DNA of 64,000 nt from Podarcis filfolensis (Eukaryota), in NCBI GenBank assembly GCA_964270895.1, contig OZ185440.1; one strand, written 5' to 3'. Both the position numbers and the translations under genes were made by a program. The notes under the pieces are model-generated. The model saw only the letters and a program-made list of their open reading frames with translations. It ran no database searches and was not told the DNA's origin. Positions 25,074 to 38,190 of the stretch are shown here, piece after piece (position 1 is the stretch's first letter; every line of letters begins with the position of its first letter).

Positions 25074-25853
25074 ATATACAAATAATTCTGGCTTTTGCTT
25101 ATTTATTTATTTTTTTGGTAGGGAAACATATAAGCAAATGTTGCTGCTCTGTTTTAAGCTGTCTCCTTAAATCTACCTGTGGAAAGGAGTGGAAAAGAGA
25201 ATGCTGACATCTGCATTCCAGTGGACCATTGCCCCCGCATAGGTTCAGAACTGTAAACTTAAGCCAGGTAAATGGATGGTGATGAGCGTGTGTGTTTGTG
25301 TGTGTGATCTTTCATTGGGCCAAGCACCATTCCCCTTTTTTGTCTATCGCACAGAGCTGGACTCACGTTTTCTGGAGAAGAAAGAAGGGGATCCCTTTAT
25401 CATCAAGGGGTGGGGGGAGAGCAGGAAGTTGTGCAAACTCTGCAGGACGACTCGTGCAAGAAGCCAAGTCTCAACTTTCCCTCCAGCTCTTAGTGATGTA
25501 ATTCAGTTTAACCCACACCGTCTCGAAGACAAAGAGAAAGGCTACAACCCAAGCATTATCTTCCGCACAATTGTAGGTCTGTAGAGGATAGTCAAATAAT
25601 AAACAGGGGACAGCCACTACCTCCACACACACACCCCCACCCAAGATGAGCCCTCTCCCAGAGGGGAATAGCACATGTGGCTTTGCTCTCCATGTGTTTA
25701 TGATGTTGTGGAGGATGTATTAAATTTATAGCCTGCCTTGCCTTCAAGGAGCTCAGGGTTTCATGGTTCTCTCTGTGTGTGTTTTCATCCTTGCAGCAAC
25801 CCTGTGAAGTGGGCTAGTTAGAGACTGAGTGGCCCAAGCGCGTGTGCGCTCTC

Positions 25854-25885
<32 letters not shown>

Positions 25886-27122
25886 GATATCACACACACA
25901 CACACAAAATATCTTAATGTCTGAATTCTGGCAAGCAATGCCTGCTGAAATCGCTTCTGCACAGCTCTCCAAGGTTCAGGGGCTGCCCTGTCACATGGAA
26001 TCAGAAGTCGGCTACTTTGTGCCAAGATCACACCTCACCAGGAAGGCTGTTCTGCTATATCCATGGAGAAACATAACTGCATTTTGTGGTTGCTAGGCAA
26101 TAACCAAAAGGTATGGGTAAGGATAAGAAGCAAGATGGGGGAAAGTGGCAAGGAACAAGAAGGCTCACACTGCAGAGGTCTGATGGCTTAGATTTTGCTG
26201 CACCAGAGCCTAGCAGGGGGCCCTATCCTGAGCACGTAAACGTCCAGGGTTTGCTAGCAGTCTTTCTGAAAACCTGAACATATCCAAATTTTGAATTGTA
26301 GGCTGATTATCGTTCTTGCACCGTATCCTTGTGCATTTAAAGCTGGACCATGCTGCTTCGAAGCAGTATCATTGCCTCTATACAGCCACGACCGCCCCCC
26401 GCCCCAAATAAATCCTGGGAAGTATAGTTCTGAGTGTTGCTATTCCTACCCCCAAACAACAATTCCCAGACTGGTATAATCACCATTCCCTCTTCCCAAG
26501 AAACACTAGGTTTTAGTGCCAGAGCCCAGCCCTGGCACATGTACAGAACATAAGAGCATTTTCAAGCATGTGCAGAGTGCCATTCTCTGAGCACAGCACA
26601 GCAGCATTTATCTCAAACATTTCCCTTTATGAGAGGGAAGCTCTACATCTTCCTTCTTCAATAGTCACTGGAAATGTATGGAGGCAATGAAGCAAGAGTT
26701 TGAGGACTGCTGCTCCTTTTCACTATTCTGCAGTAACTGCATATATTTCCAAGAGGCATCATCTCCCCCCAAATTTGCAGACTCCAAAATACGCAGTTAT
26801 GTTTGGGGTATTCTGAAGCACCTGCCTACTTTATCCAGTTTCTAACCAGCTAAATCCCTATGTCTAAATGAGTTTGTTTTTCCCCCCAAGGAAAAAAGAC
26901 TCCTGGAAATCAAACCAAATAGCTGCGTCTCTGTTCCAAAGAACTTTATGTCTTCTAGCTGCCTATCTTGATTTGGGAAATCTGATTTAAAAATTAGTGA
27001 CTCATCCTGCATGTCGAAGCTGTTTGCTGCCATCTGCTGGCAGCAGGGTAGTGTAACCTGGGATTTAAAATGAAACCAACACAAAAGGGAGTTTTATATT
27101 GTCAGGCAAAAATACCTTATTG

Positions 27123-27475
27123 CATACCGTCCAACATTTCCCTGATGATAAAAGGGACGCCCCATTCCATAATGATAACTTTACTATTTATACCCCACAC
27201 ATCTTGCTGGGTAATCCCAGCCACCCTGGGCAGCTTCCAGCATATATAAAAGCAAAATAAAGCGTTAAGACGTTAAAAAAACCAAAAACCTTCCCTATAC
27301 AGGATTGCGTTCAGACGGCTCGGGGGTTGGATAACTCCATACCCTCCAACATTTCTGCAATGAAAGTAGGGGCATCCTAAGGAAAAGTAGGACATTCTGG
27401 GATCAAATCAGAAACCGGGATGGTGTCTCTAAACCAGGGACCTCCCTGGAAAATAGAGACACTTGGAGGGGTCTG
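27123..27475. mobile_element. Non-autonomous DNA transposon with CA(T/G)ACCCTCCAA termini and a second left end at 27338
   Basis: cataccgtccaacattt at 27123, cataccctccaacattt at 27338, right end ttggaggggtctg at 27463-27475. Confidence 0.65.
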
Positions 27476-27543
27476 TTATTGTGATGGTTGGGTTTAGAAA
27501 GTTTAAGGGTCACTTCTATAGTGCAGGAAGAACATGTGGTTTA

Positions 27544-29613
27544 GACTTCCGGGGTGGCGCCATCGGCAATGGCTGACTCCCTCTGAACTGGAGGGACCAG
27601 CTCCGCACGAAACGGGTCGTTTCCGCTACGGCGAAGCGGGGACCCTTTAAAAAATCACAGGCGGATGAAGCCTGTGACCATGGGACTCGGTGGGCACCTT
27701 TAGCGCCCCCCCGCAACCCGCAAAGGAACCCATTAACGGGCTCCGAAGCGAAGAGGGGGATGTGGCGCGGTGCTGTGAGTCTACTGCTTTTTCCGAGGAG
27801 CGAAGCCGCATAGCCGTCGCCGGAGAGCGCTGCCTTTTTCCTGGGACAATTTGGCATCTAAAGAATCACCCGTGAGTACTTAAAACTCGAACAATTGGAT
27901 TTTAAATAAGGACTGGCCAGTAGAGAGGAATTGGACTCAAAATTTACTTCAATTTGGTACTGAAACGGGAAGGTCTAAACAGGAAGTCAGCCTTCCGTTT
28001 CTTTGTAGTCAGAATAAAGCAAAGACAACGTAAACTAGAGCTTAGAAAATTACTTTTAAAGGATTGACTTTCATCATTTAAAATCGTGGAACCCCCCTTC
28101 GGTAGCAGGAGAAGAAGGGGGATCTCTTTTTGGACTGTTTAAACCTGCAGAAGTGAGTTTAAAGTAAAGTAACTTTTCACCGTCCTGATCCTGGAGCGGA
28201 GTGTCAGGACTGACGTTTGAAGCTCATCGACCAGAGACAAATGTTTTTGACAGACAGCTAAAAGAAAAGTAACATAGGGATTCCATTGTTTCCTTTCGCA
28301 TTTCAAAGGAACAAATATTGACTGAATATCTTAAAAAAGAAACTTTGTTGCTATTGCTCTTAAAAGAAAGAAGAAACAGAAATTTTCCCTCTAGAGGGAG
28401 ACTGTGAAATTGTAACCAACTTTAGGAGCTTGCAGTTGTTACAGATTACAATCGTGGGAAAGGACTTGTGACCTTGTAGGACAATGTTTTCAGAAGCTCG
28501 GTTGGGTGCTTTCTGTAAAATAAATGCCCTATTGGACCAGCTAAGCCAGAAGACGGATTTGATGACTAATGCGGCCAGAAATTTTGAACAGGCAGTAGGA
28601 AACTACATGGAGCCTACCCAGGAACTAAAACAGGAGTGTGCTATGACAGCACAGATGAGAGAAGAGGATATTGCTGAATCCTGGGTGCCAGAAATGGAGG
28701 GAGTTGCGGCCCTGCAGGATTATGAGCCTTTGGATTTGATAAATGAATTTGGAAAAAACCAGATTTGGAAAGATAAAGTTTGGTTTGCTTTGGAAATGGG
28801 GGGTTGGAATGACCCTCCCATGCCGGGATGTTTGGACTTTCTGAGTCTGGTAATGGGCCGTCAGATGTTTGGAGCTGTGGGGGCTCTTAATTTTGGAGGG
28901 AATCTGAAACAGGTGTTTAAACATCACATGGAGTTTAGTCTGGACTATGGAAATGGGGCTGATCTGTTGAAAAGGGTCAAAAACATTACTAAGCTGGAGT
29001 TCCCACGAGTGAAAGGAAAATATGAAGAAGAGTCGCGGAGGGGACATGGAAGAGACTTGAGGGCCTCGGACATAAGGATACCAGGTTAATGCGCTAGATT
29101 AATGGGACAAAAAGGACTGACAAAATCCGGGACCAGGAGGAAGGGACGCTGGATGAAGATTGGATTGTTTTCCTTTTTTTTTCCTTTTGTCATTAGGACT
29201 GTTTTAAAATAATTGATGAATGTTAGAAAAATGTTGAAATGGAACTACTTGGTTCTAGTAAAAATGTTTAAAGAATTAGGTTAATGATATGGTTATGAGA
29301 AGTTGGTAAAAATAAGATTTAAGTTTTAAGTTTTAAGGTTTGCTATAAGACAAGATGAAAATAGATTAAGATAATGTAAGATAATGTAAGGACAAAATAT
29401 TGTGAACTATGGAAAGGATTTGCTGTGATAATTATTAACCAGGATACAAGAAAGGGGAGGAGGAGGAGGTCACAGAAAGAAGGTAATGAAAGTTAAAAAT
29501 TTGAGAATGATGGTTGTATTTTTTCTTTCTATTTTTCTGTTTTGTCTATTTCTTTTTTTGTTTTTTCTTTTGTATAATTTTAAAAAAAACTTTTAATAAA
29601 TATTACATAAAAA
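27544..29613 (+). mobile_element. Full-length 2.07-kb non-autonomous L1-type retroposon with 16-bp TSD
   Basis: TSD AAGAACATGTGGTTTA at 27528-27543 and 29614-29629; CpG-rich 5' end starting GACTTCCGG; T-rich 3' UTR, AATAAA at 29595 and A tail. Confidence 0.88.
28484..29089 (+). CDS. Intact 201-aa ORF of unknown function inside the retroposon
   Basis: ATG-to-TAA uninterrupted and sense to the element; no RT, endonuclease or recognisable host domain seen. Confidence 0.5.
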   Translation: MFSEARLGAFCKINALLDQLSQKTDLMTNAARNFEQAVGNYMEPTQELKQECAMTAQMREEDIAESWVPEMEGVAALQDYEPLDLINEFGKNQIWKDKVWFALEMGGWNDPPMPGCLDFLSLVMGRQMFGAVGALNFGGNLKQVFKHHMEFSLDYGNGADLLKRVKNITKLEFPRVKGKYEEESRRGHGRDLRASDIRIPG

Positions 29614-30225
29614 AAGAACATGTGGTTTAATTGGAGTGTAAATGTGGAACTCCCTCCTCCAAATGTGGATCCTTGGATAGTCCCTGCATACAACTGTTGA
29701 ACTGGGGAAATGGAAGAGGGAAGGACATAGCCTGAAGGGTGGAACCCTGCACTGGGCATCTTGTTTCGGTTTCTGGTTGTTTTTGTGAATGTAAGAGTCC
29801 TGCTGGATCAGACGAAAGGTCCAGCATCTTGCTGCCCACTCTTGCCCAACCAGTGGCCTTCAAGGAGTCCACAAGCAGGGCTTGGAAGCAATAGCTGCCT
29901 TCCACTGTTCCTCCTCTTTTGGCCTCAAAATGTGAGCCTGTTACTAGTTTAAGCCAATGCATTTATTTCTTTTTGTATTGATTTGCATTTGTATCCCATG
30001 CGTGAACTCTATTTTAGAAGAGTTACAGGAAGAAAACAAACAAAACCTGGAGCTCCCATGCAGCCATAATGTACTAGTAGCCGTCTGTGGATCAATTTGT
30101 TATCCAGCTTGAGAACCTATCGTCACTTCTCTTATGGCAGTGAGTTCCACCAGTTCATTGGGGGTTAGGCTACATGACCCTTGAGGGTCCGTCCCAACTC
30201 CATGGTTTTATGAGTGGTCACAATA

Positions 30226-30660
30226 TTATTATTATTATTAATAATAATAATAGAATTTATATACCGCCCTATACCTGGGGATCTCAGGGTGGTTCACAGA
30301 ATAAAATCAAGATATAAAATCACAAAATATATAAAATAAAAACAACAACCCAATAAAAAAACCCAAAAAACCGCATTTTAAAAGGGTGTTGGATGTCAAT
30401 AAGATCAACCAAAGGCCTGGTTAAAAAGGAACGTTTTTGCCTGGTGCCTAAAGGTGTATAATGAAGGTGCTAGGTGAACTTCCCTGGGGAGAGCATTCCA
30501 CAGACGGGGAGCCACTGCAGAGAAGGCCTGTTCTCATGTTGCCACCTTCCAGACCTCTCGAGGAGGAGGCACACGAAGAAGGGCCCCAGAAGATGATCTC
30601 AGGGTCTGGGTAAGTTCATATGGAAAGAGGCGGTCCTTGAGGTATCACGATCCTGAGCCG
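30226..30660 (-). mobile_element. L2-clade LINE 3' fragment
   Basis: (TAA/TTA)n tail, ataccgccctata 3' motif, and gcattccacagacggggagccactgcagagaaggcc (reverse of RAFSAVAPRLWNALP-type coding sequence). Confidence 0.8.
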
Positions 30661-31860
30661 CATATTGCATTATGTGTATCAAAGTAGCTTGAGCTAAAGG
30701 TTACTGAGTTCCCACAACACGGAGCAGAGATTCAAACTAGTTGGCGTCCCCTGCTCAAAAACCACCACTATCCACTGCATCACCTTGGATTCCCAGCTAT
30801 GCTGCATGTAATTTCCTTTCCAGAAATCATTCTTTTTAAAACTGTTCGTTCATTAGAAAGGCCTCTTGCCTGACAGAAGTGCTTTGGGCTTTTTTTGTTG
30901 TTGCAGCTGCAAAACCTCTGAGTGCTCTCCACATTTTCCATCGATGGGACTTAATGTGCCCGCATTAGTGTCAAGGGGCGGTATTATTGCTACTGAGCCC
31001 AAGGGATAGGAAGTGTTATGAAGCCAAATGAATATTTTAAAACCATTTTACGCACAAAAAGACCCCCCACCGATTATAAAAGAGGCCACCTTTAGCTAAG
31101 CACCATCAGCCCCTGCAAGGCTTTTGGGCATAGAAGCCAGCCTTCTGAGTAATTATTTGATGCCCTGATTCAGAAACCTTTGTTGGAATCAGAAATATTT
31201 TAACCAGAGTAGACCATCTAGTGGCGAGATGGGAGAATGATGGGTACAGCTGCCTGATGTGTGCTTGTTTTCTTCTCAGCATCTTATGGCAGAGTTGCCA
31301 GGTTACATACTGAGTCTACAAATTTGAATCCCTTAGTTAAGTCTCTGCATGCCTAGTCAGAGGTATTCAGTGGAACTGACTCCTGGGAAGTGGGCAGAAG
31401 ATTGCAGCCTCAGTAGCCATAAAATGGTCTGTCCTTTAGAAAAACAAAAAACTGCTTTCTCCAAGGAGTTGTATTGTTTGCATCAATCGGAGAAGGGCAG
31501 GGAACGGATGAAGGAAGTTGGTGAAATTGCAGCTGCTGCAGGTCCAGCTTCTCTGGGAGATGTAGATACGCAGTGTCAGTCTCCAGGATGCAACCTAGCA
31601 ACCTGAGCTAAAAAGGAAGGAAGCAATAGGTGCGCAAAGTATATTGTGAAACCCAACGCACTTGGAGTTAAAAATACACTCTCAGGCAGAGAATATTTCA
31701 TTCACAGAAAGCTTCCATCAGAAAATGTGGCTGCAGAACCCCTGCAATGAATTTCGAATTAATTTTGATTCTGTGGTTCTAGATGCTCTGCGTTGCTAAG
31801 GGTTTAATAAAATAAATACAAGGGTATCCTATGAAGGATGGCACTGCAACTTGACTAAGA

Positions 31861-31998
31861 ATCAGAGTTGGAAGGGAACCCGAGAGTCATCTAGTCCAAC
31901 CCGCAGCAATGCAGGACTCCTGCCCACAGAAGTCACTGGATGGGCTTGAACCACCAGTCTTCCAGTTAACAGCCAGACACATGGGCCCATTGTGCTGC
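31861..31998 (-). mobile_element. tRNA-Asn-derived SINE with CR1-like tail
   Basis: Minus strand ggctgttaactggaagactggtggttcaagcccatccagtgac (tRNA-Asn-like) followed by cctgcattgctgcgggttggactagatgac. Confidence 0.75.
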
Positions 31999-32694
31999 AA
32001 AATTGAAGTGGATTAGTTCTCTCAGAGGGAGGCAAGTTGTGGCTTACCCAGCCTTCACTTACAAAATGGTCACAGTGAATCGGTGATGTCACTGGAGCTT
32101 ATATGCTTTGGATGGGAAAAGGGGAGAAAGCCGTTGGTGATCTTCCTCTAATTACAAATACAGCGAGGCAGAATTGTGTTGGGAGACAAAACAGCGAGCC
32201 AGTGGCTCCGTGTTTGAGGCACATGTGTGCTCACCAAAAACAGGTAGAATTCGCCTGCAGCAGCCTTCTGCCAATAAGTGGAAACAATCTCTGTTCAAAG
32301 GGCAGGCGAGAGAGGCTTTCAGTCACCATGGTTATGTACTCCCGCTCTCTGGGGAGAAAGCCAGCGGGAGCATTAATCAGCATTGATCGTGACCAGACTC
32401 ACAGAGCCCACACGCTCCTTGAGCCGGCAGATCGCAGGTGCTTTTGATCATGGTCCAGAGAAGAGCAGGAAAGGAGCTGGGAATACAGGCCCCTTCAACC
32501 CACAGGCAGGCGCTGGCATTTGTCTAACCCCAAAAGAGCAGCGGGGGAACCTGTGGCTCTCCAGCTGTTGTGGGACTACAACTTCTGCCATCCCTATTAG
32601 CCATGCTGGCTGGGGCTGATGGGAGCCAGGAGTCCAGCAACTTATCCATTGCTGTGCCCTAACATATTCATAGTGCATGGATTCTAATTCCAGT

Positions 32695-33145
32695 AGTTGT
32701 TGTTGTTGGAATCCGTCTGTCTCGGGAGACAATGGATTAGTGCACCTTTGGGGTTGAAGTCAAAACACTGGAGAGTTACAGCGCCTGCTGTGGCTTTAGA
32801 GACCAATATGGGAGAGACATGTTTTGTTGCAGCTGGGGCAGATGAAAGGTGTCAAGTTGTGCTGCTGCAGATGCACCATGGAAATTCTTCTCACCATGCT
32901 CCTCCCAGTGGTCATTCCTCCTCTGGTCACTGCTATAGATGCACAACATGACTGTCTGTCTCCAAACACTGCGATCATCTTCCACGGATTCTCACATGGC
33001 AAGTTTAAAATTGCCAGGCTTCGTGTCACATTTGCAGACATCTTTGAGTGGCAGAGTTTGTCTGGTTCCTGAAGCCTGTTCCCTGTAGAGCACATCCTTG
33101 GGGATCCCACCGTCTTTCATTCTGTGGACAACGACCAAGCCAGCT
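32695..33145 (-). mobile_element. RTE-clade LINE 3' fragment
   Basis: Minus-strand remnants HRMKDGGIPKDVLY, EDDRSVWRQTV and the C-terminal zinc-finger-like FICPSCNKTCLSHIGL; (CAA)n tail. Confidence 0.8.
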
Positions 33146-35689
33146 GAGACAGAAGTGCAAACATGCTGGGCATCTGAGATTCCTGAACTGCAAGAACTAG
33201 ATGACTCTCAGAGTGCTTTTGCAGCTCTACAATTTTATGATTCTATGATTATTTTTAAAGTAAAGCAAAGCAAGCCACCATCATGCTCAAGCTCATCTGG
33301 TCTGCATATGGTCAGGGCTTGGGGAAACACATGCGGGCCACTTTGGGATCCATGACACAAGAAAGGTAAATAGATAAGAAAATGCATGCACACATAATGC
33401 AATCTACCACAATTAACTTTGACCCTGAGAAGAAAATCTAAGCCTACAGTCTCATGCACACTTACTTCTGAGCAAAAAAGGCATAGGCTCCAGCTGTAAA
33501 GATATGCTTGCAACCTGAGCCTATGTTTTTTTGTTTTACTCAGAAGTAAATGCCACTGAGTTCAATGGGTTTTAGATCTCGTAAGGATTGCAGTCAAAAT
33601 ATGTGCTAGATATAAATGATTGGTAACAGCTGTGTTTATCCTACGGGGGGGGGCATTAGAATGGTGTGTTTTCAAAGATTACATTTTTTGTTAGGCCTTA
33701 TCAGAACTCTGTTCAGATAAGTATGCTAAACTGTTTTGTTTTGCACAGGTAATTCCTGACTCTGATCCTCCTTGGACCTGCTGGGGATGTAAGTGGACAA
33801 GCCTTCCTCTTCGTATATCCCCTTTCAATTAAAAAGAAGGGAGGCCACGAAACAAGGTCAGGTCAGGCTCCCTAAATTTGTTTCCCCTGCATAAGGACAC
33901 GGACCGCTATATACCCGCTGCGAAATCCTCCTTTCAGATTTGTGCTGCATTGGGATAAGTTGCAAAGAGGAACAGGCTGAGCTGCTACTGTGCAGACATA
34001 GACAAGGAGGTAAACTCTGCAATTCACACCATTAGGCAGAGGTGTCTGTGGCTGATGTCGCTGGCAAGATAACCAGCTTCACTCTACAGCCCACTGGAGT
34101 TGGCAGCAAATCCCACTGGCTTTAATAGCTCCGAATGTAACACCTCTGGCACAAGCCGCCTACTAAAATCAGTCCCTGATGACAGCTTCCTTTCCTTGCT
34201 CCAACATTAGTCGGGGATTGCCTCTCTCTGACGATCACGTTGCCTTTGATGAATTAGCTCTCTGCTGCTGGGCTTCTGCGACATTTGGAGAGGAACCAGG
34301 AAATATATTCCAAAGCAGCATGTGGGAGCCTCTTTGCCCATGCTGTGACGTGGTTTCGTTTCTTTTTCCTAAAAGTTAAAGTTCTATTAAATATGGAACA
34401 GTACCTATGCCTTCGGTCCCGCATGCAAATCAGTTCTTCCGGGACGTTATATAAAAGAGATAATTAATGAGGATATTTTCTCTCCTGCCTACCTATGACT
34501 GCAGCACACAGACCCTGGTGTGTGTGAGAGAGAAAGGAACTCATGGTAACCAGTCACAGGTTCCGGAGGGTTGGCAATTCATGGCGCCTCTTCAAGAACG
34601 ACGTGGTAACGCAAAGGCAAGCTTTTTCCCTGGAGGCCTCGGTGTTGTGGAAGGCCCTCCCTGCTGAAATGGAGAGGCCCATCCACATTCCCATTCCCTG
34701 TTTAGTTTATTTTTTGAAACGGAGGATGGATACTGAACAATTTAAACCAAAGCCTTTCATCTCAACTCTTCCTGTTCCCCCTCACAAAAAATAACAAAAA
34801 GTAAAAAGTACTGCTTCCTCTCTGTAGTTAAGGAATCCCACATACTCACCCTGTGCTGTGGGAGTACTTATTGAGCATATATAAGCTGCTGCAGTGACGT
34901 ATTTTGCCAGCCTGGCTTTATGTCTCGCATATCAAAGGGGTGCATGCTTGAGAATCAGTCTTTTGCCTGCGTTCTGACTAGGCCTAGCATACAGTTTCCC
35001 CTGAGCAGGCCCTTCCAGGAAAGGGTTTCATATTGGCTGTTTGCCTGTCCTCCTATCTCCTCCTTTTTAAAATGTTAAACCAGGCAGAGATAAAGCTGTC
35101 TAGCTTGGTTTCACGACACCCTTCATAACCCAGCTCTGATGGGCTTTTCAGAATCGGAGAGGTGATTTGGCTCCCATCTTTCTATCCCTCCCTCTCTCCT
35201 TTTGCCCCACTGCTAGATTGAGTCGTAGCTTCTTCTCTGAAATTATTGCAGACTTTGGGCTCTTTTGTCATGGAAGTGTTTGGGCTTCAGATATGTTGCT
35301 TTATGAGGAATCTGTGACTCTCTAGACTCAGGTTGCTAGATGACAAATCCACCACACCTGCACGTTATCCATGCTGGCATCTCCCAGTGGTGCAGCTGGA
35401 TTATTTTAGATCCTGGACTTAAACGGACATATGGGGACCTGCCTTAGACAGCCATGTTGTGAAGCACACAAGTAACATTTCTTTATTTCCCACCCACACC
35501 CATTCCATTATTTACAATGAAAACTATCCCCACGTTTCTGATACATTAGAGCAAATATTCCCCACAAACAAATGGCCAACCCTGATTATTATTATTTTTT
35601 AAAAAGGAAGATATACTCTTGGCATACGCAGTTTCCCCTTTAAAAAACTCACTTAAATGGCTGCACCATCTTGATTACAGGGGAAAAAG

Positions 35690-36143
35690 TAGTCCTGGCT
35701 TCTGCTGACCTGATGTTAAACACATTTACTTGATAACAAGCTTCATTTTGTTGTAGAGAAGGGTAACATGTTTTTGCAATTTAAATTTTAAAAAAAACAA
35801 ACTCATGAAATTTCATCAACATTTTACTGCAGGTTTTTCCCAATATACACATTTTTAGGTGCAGTTTTGACTAATTTACACATTTTGCAAACAATTTCTT
35901 CTAACTGAATGCATTTTTGTGTATGTTAATTTCACTAAGGCATGTATTTTGTGCACACTTCCCCCCTAATATATATGCAATTTTGTGCACATTGTTTGGT
36001 TGGACAACTGCACCACAAAATTTGAGGAAATGTAAGTTTCAAAGAATAATTGTGTTTCAGTTAGCAGATTGATTTGAGAAGTGCAAATTAAGTAGTTTCT
36101 CCTTAAAATGCAAACAAAAACCAGATTTATCCTCCATCCCTGA
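35690..36143 (-). repeat. Degenerate interspersed repeat, probably a non-autonomous DNA transposon
   Basis: AT-rich tract of recurring aatatacacatttt-type motifs ending tcctccatccct; boundaries approximate. Confidence 0.4.
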
Positions 36144-37295
36144 GGACATATCCATTGCTCTATAAGATTTCCCCCTAATATTCTTCAGTTTTGGTCACTC
36201 TCTGTTTTTGCAAAAGGAGTTACAACTTTCCTCATCTCATCTACCTGTCCAAGACCAGCTTAATTTTAGCTCATCATGTGGAGAGAGTGGATTCTCAAAC
36301 CCATGTTTTTTCCATTAATCATGCTGAGAAATCTCTCTCAAAAGATTAATCTTTGGATGAAGTTGGACTTTAATTTAATCTGCTTGATGGCTTTGGGTGA
36401 GTGGAGAGGAGGGCAGGCATGGCGAACAAGGCAATATTCAGGAAGCTCTGCCAGCTCTTGAATGCTTTCAAAACTGCATTATAAAAATGAAAACTCTCTT
36501 AGGGCCATTTTCCTGTGGTTGTTGTCTATTCCTTTTATACGTCGTGGAAATTTAACTGGGCCAGGCTGGCTCATACTTCAAAATAAAATGCTGGTGAAAT
36601 TCCAGTTACATAATTTCTCTTGTATCCCAGCTGTTAAAGGGGACTCTTCTCTAGTTTCCAGTTTCAATTTTCTACCCATCACTTGGGTTGTCTTTTCAAT
36701 ATTATTTCCAGGAACTTTCCCCTCTCTCTGCAGAAAACTGGTTGCTACCCAACCAGAGTTGCACTGAAAGCTCTTCCCTATAGAAATTCAGTTTTGTCCC
36801 GAGAGACAACTCTTAGAGACTATCACCACCAACAGAGCTGGTGAAATTCAGAAGAGGTGGGCCGATCCAAGAACACACATGGTAAAGAGCTTCCTGTGTC
36901 AATAAGGGGCGGCGGGAGAAAGACTCAAACCCGCAGTGTCGTACATGCTTGAAAGGTATGAGTCAATCCACAGAGCATGTTTCAGACGCAGCAATGTCTA
37001 TGTTCTTGAAGCCTCTACAATATACCACAAGGATCACAGACAAAGCAACGATTGAGAGCCCAGTGTTCACAAGCTGAATGGGAAGAAACCAGGGGAGAGG
37101 GGTCATTTTCTATCTCAAGGGCTGCATTCTCTAATGAGTAAAACTCTGAGGGCCACATGCCAGTGATGGGGGAGACCAGAAGCAAAAGCAAACAGAAGCA
37201 CAGATGTGGTTCTTGCCTTTGTACAGTAGGTTATATTTGAGCCATGCAAAAGTCAGAGGTTTCTTCCCAATTACACTGGCAACCAATGAAAACCA

Positions 37296-37353
37296 TTTGT
37301 TTTGTTTTGTTTTGTTTTGTTTTGTTTTGTTTTGTTTTGTTTTGTTTTGTTTT
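37296..37353. repeat. (TTTTG)n microsatellite
   Basis: Direct tandem repeat. Confidence 0.95.
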
Positions 37354-37632
37354 ACCTGGTCCTGCTTCTTCTCTGTATCTAAGATGATGATGGTGATGAT
37401 GATGATTCAAAATTATTACAAATCAAACCAAATTACTTTAATTTAATACAATTTCTTAAAATCAGGTTTCCTGCTTCCGTTGCAATCATATGTCCAAGAT
37501 AGTTCCCCATAGCTGCTTCCTTTCTTATTTAGTCTCCAGTTGACATCCTTCACTTGCCATTGAGCCATTCTTCCAGCTGTCTGCTTTTTCACCTAACAAA
37601 CACCTACCACAGTTTCATCTTACATGTATATA

Positions 37633-37843
37633 CAGTGGTACCTCGGGTTAAGAACTTAATTCATTCCGGAGGTTCGTTCTTAACCTGAAACTGTTCTTAA
37701 CCTGAAGCACCACTTTAGCTAATGGGGCCTCCTGCTGTCGCCATGCCAGCGCAACATCCTGAAGCAAAGTTCTTAACCCGAGGTACTATTTCTGGGTTAG
37801 CGGAGTCGGTAACCTGAAGCATCTATAACCCGAGGTACCACTG
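37633..37843. mobile_element. Tigger/pogo-like MITE, copy 2 (internally deleted)
   Basis: TIRs cagtggtacctcgggtta / taacccgaggtaccactg; TA on both sides. Confidence 0.92.
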
Positions 37844-37883
37844 TAATCCATTTCATGTGTGTAGTTCTTCATCTAGTGTTAAG

Positions 37884-38190
37884 CAGGGGTCAGCAAACTT
37901 TTTTAGGCGGGGGGCCGGTCCACTGTCCCTCAGACTTCGTGGGGGCAGGACTATATTTAGGGGGGGGGAATGAATGAATTCCTATAACCCAGAGATGCAT
38001 TTTAAATAAAAGCACACATTCTACTCATGTAAAAACACCAGGCAGGCCCCACAAATAACCCAGAGATGCATTTTAAATAAAAGGACACATTCTACTCATG
38101 TAACACACTGATTCCCGGACCGTTCGCGGGCCAGATTTAGAAGGTGATTGGGCCGGATCTGGCCCCCAGGCCTTACTTTGCCTACCCATA
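37884..38190. mobile_element. hAT MITE of the 10435 family with an internal duplication
   Basis: caggggtcagcaaac left TIR; acccagagatgcattttaaataaaa occurs twice; right end tttgcctacccata. Confidence 0.85.

Noticed and set aside
27516-27857. Antisense ORF in the 5' end of the L1-type element (ORF0-like)
   Set aside because: GC-rich sequence favours open frames, and the stop lies in flanking DNA outside the element.
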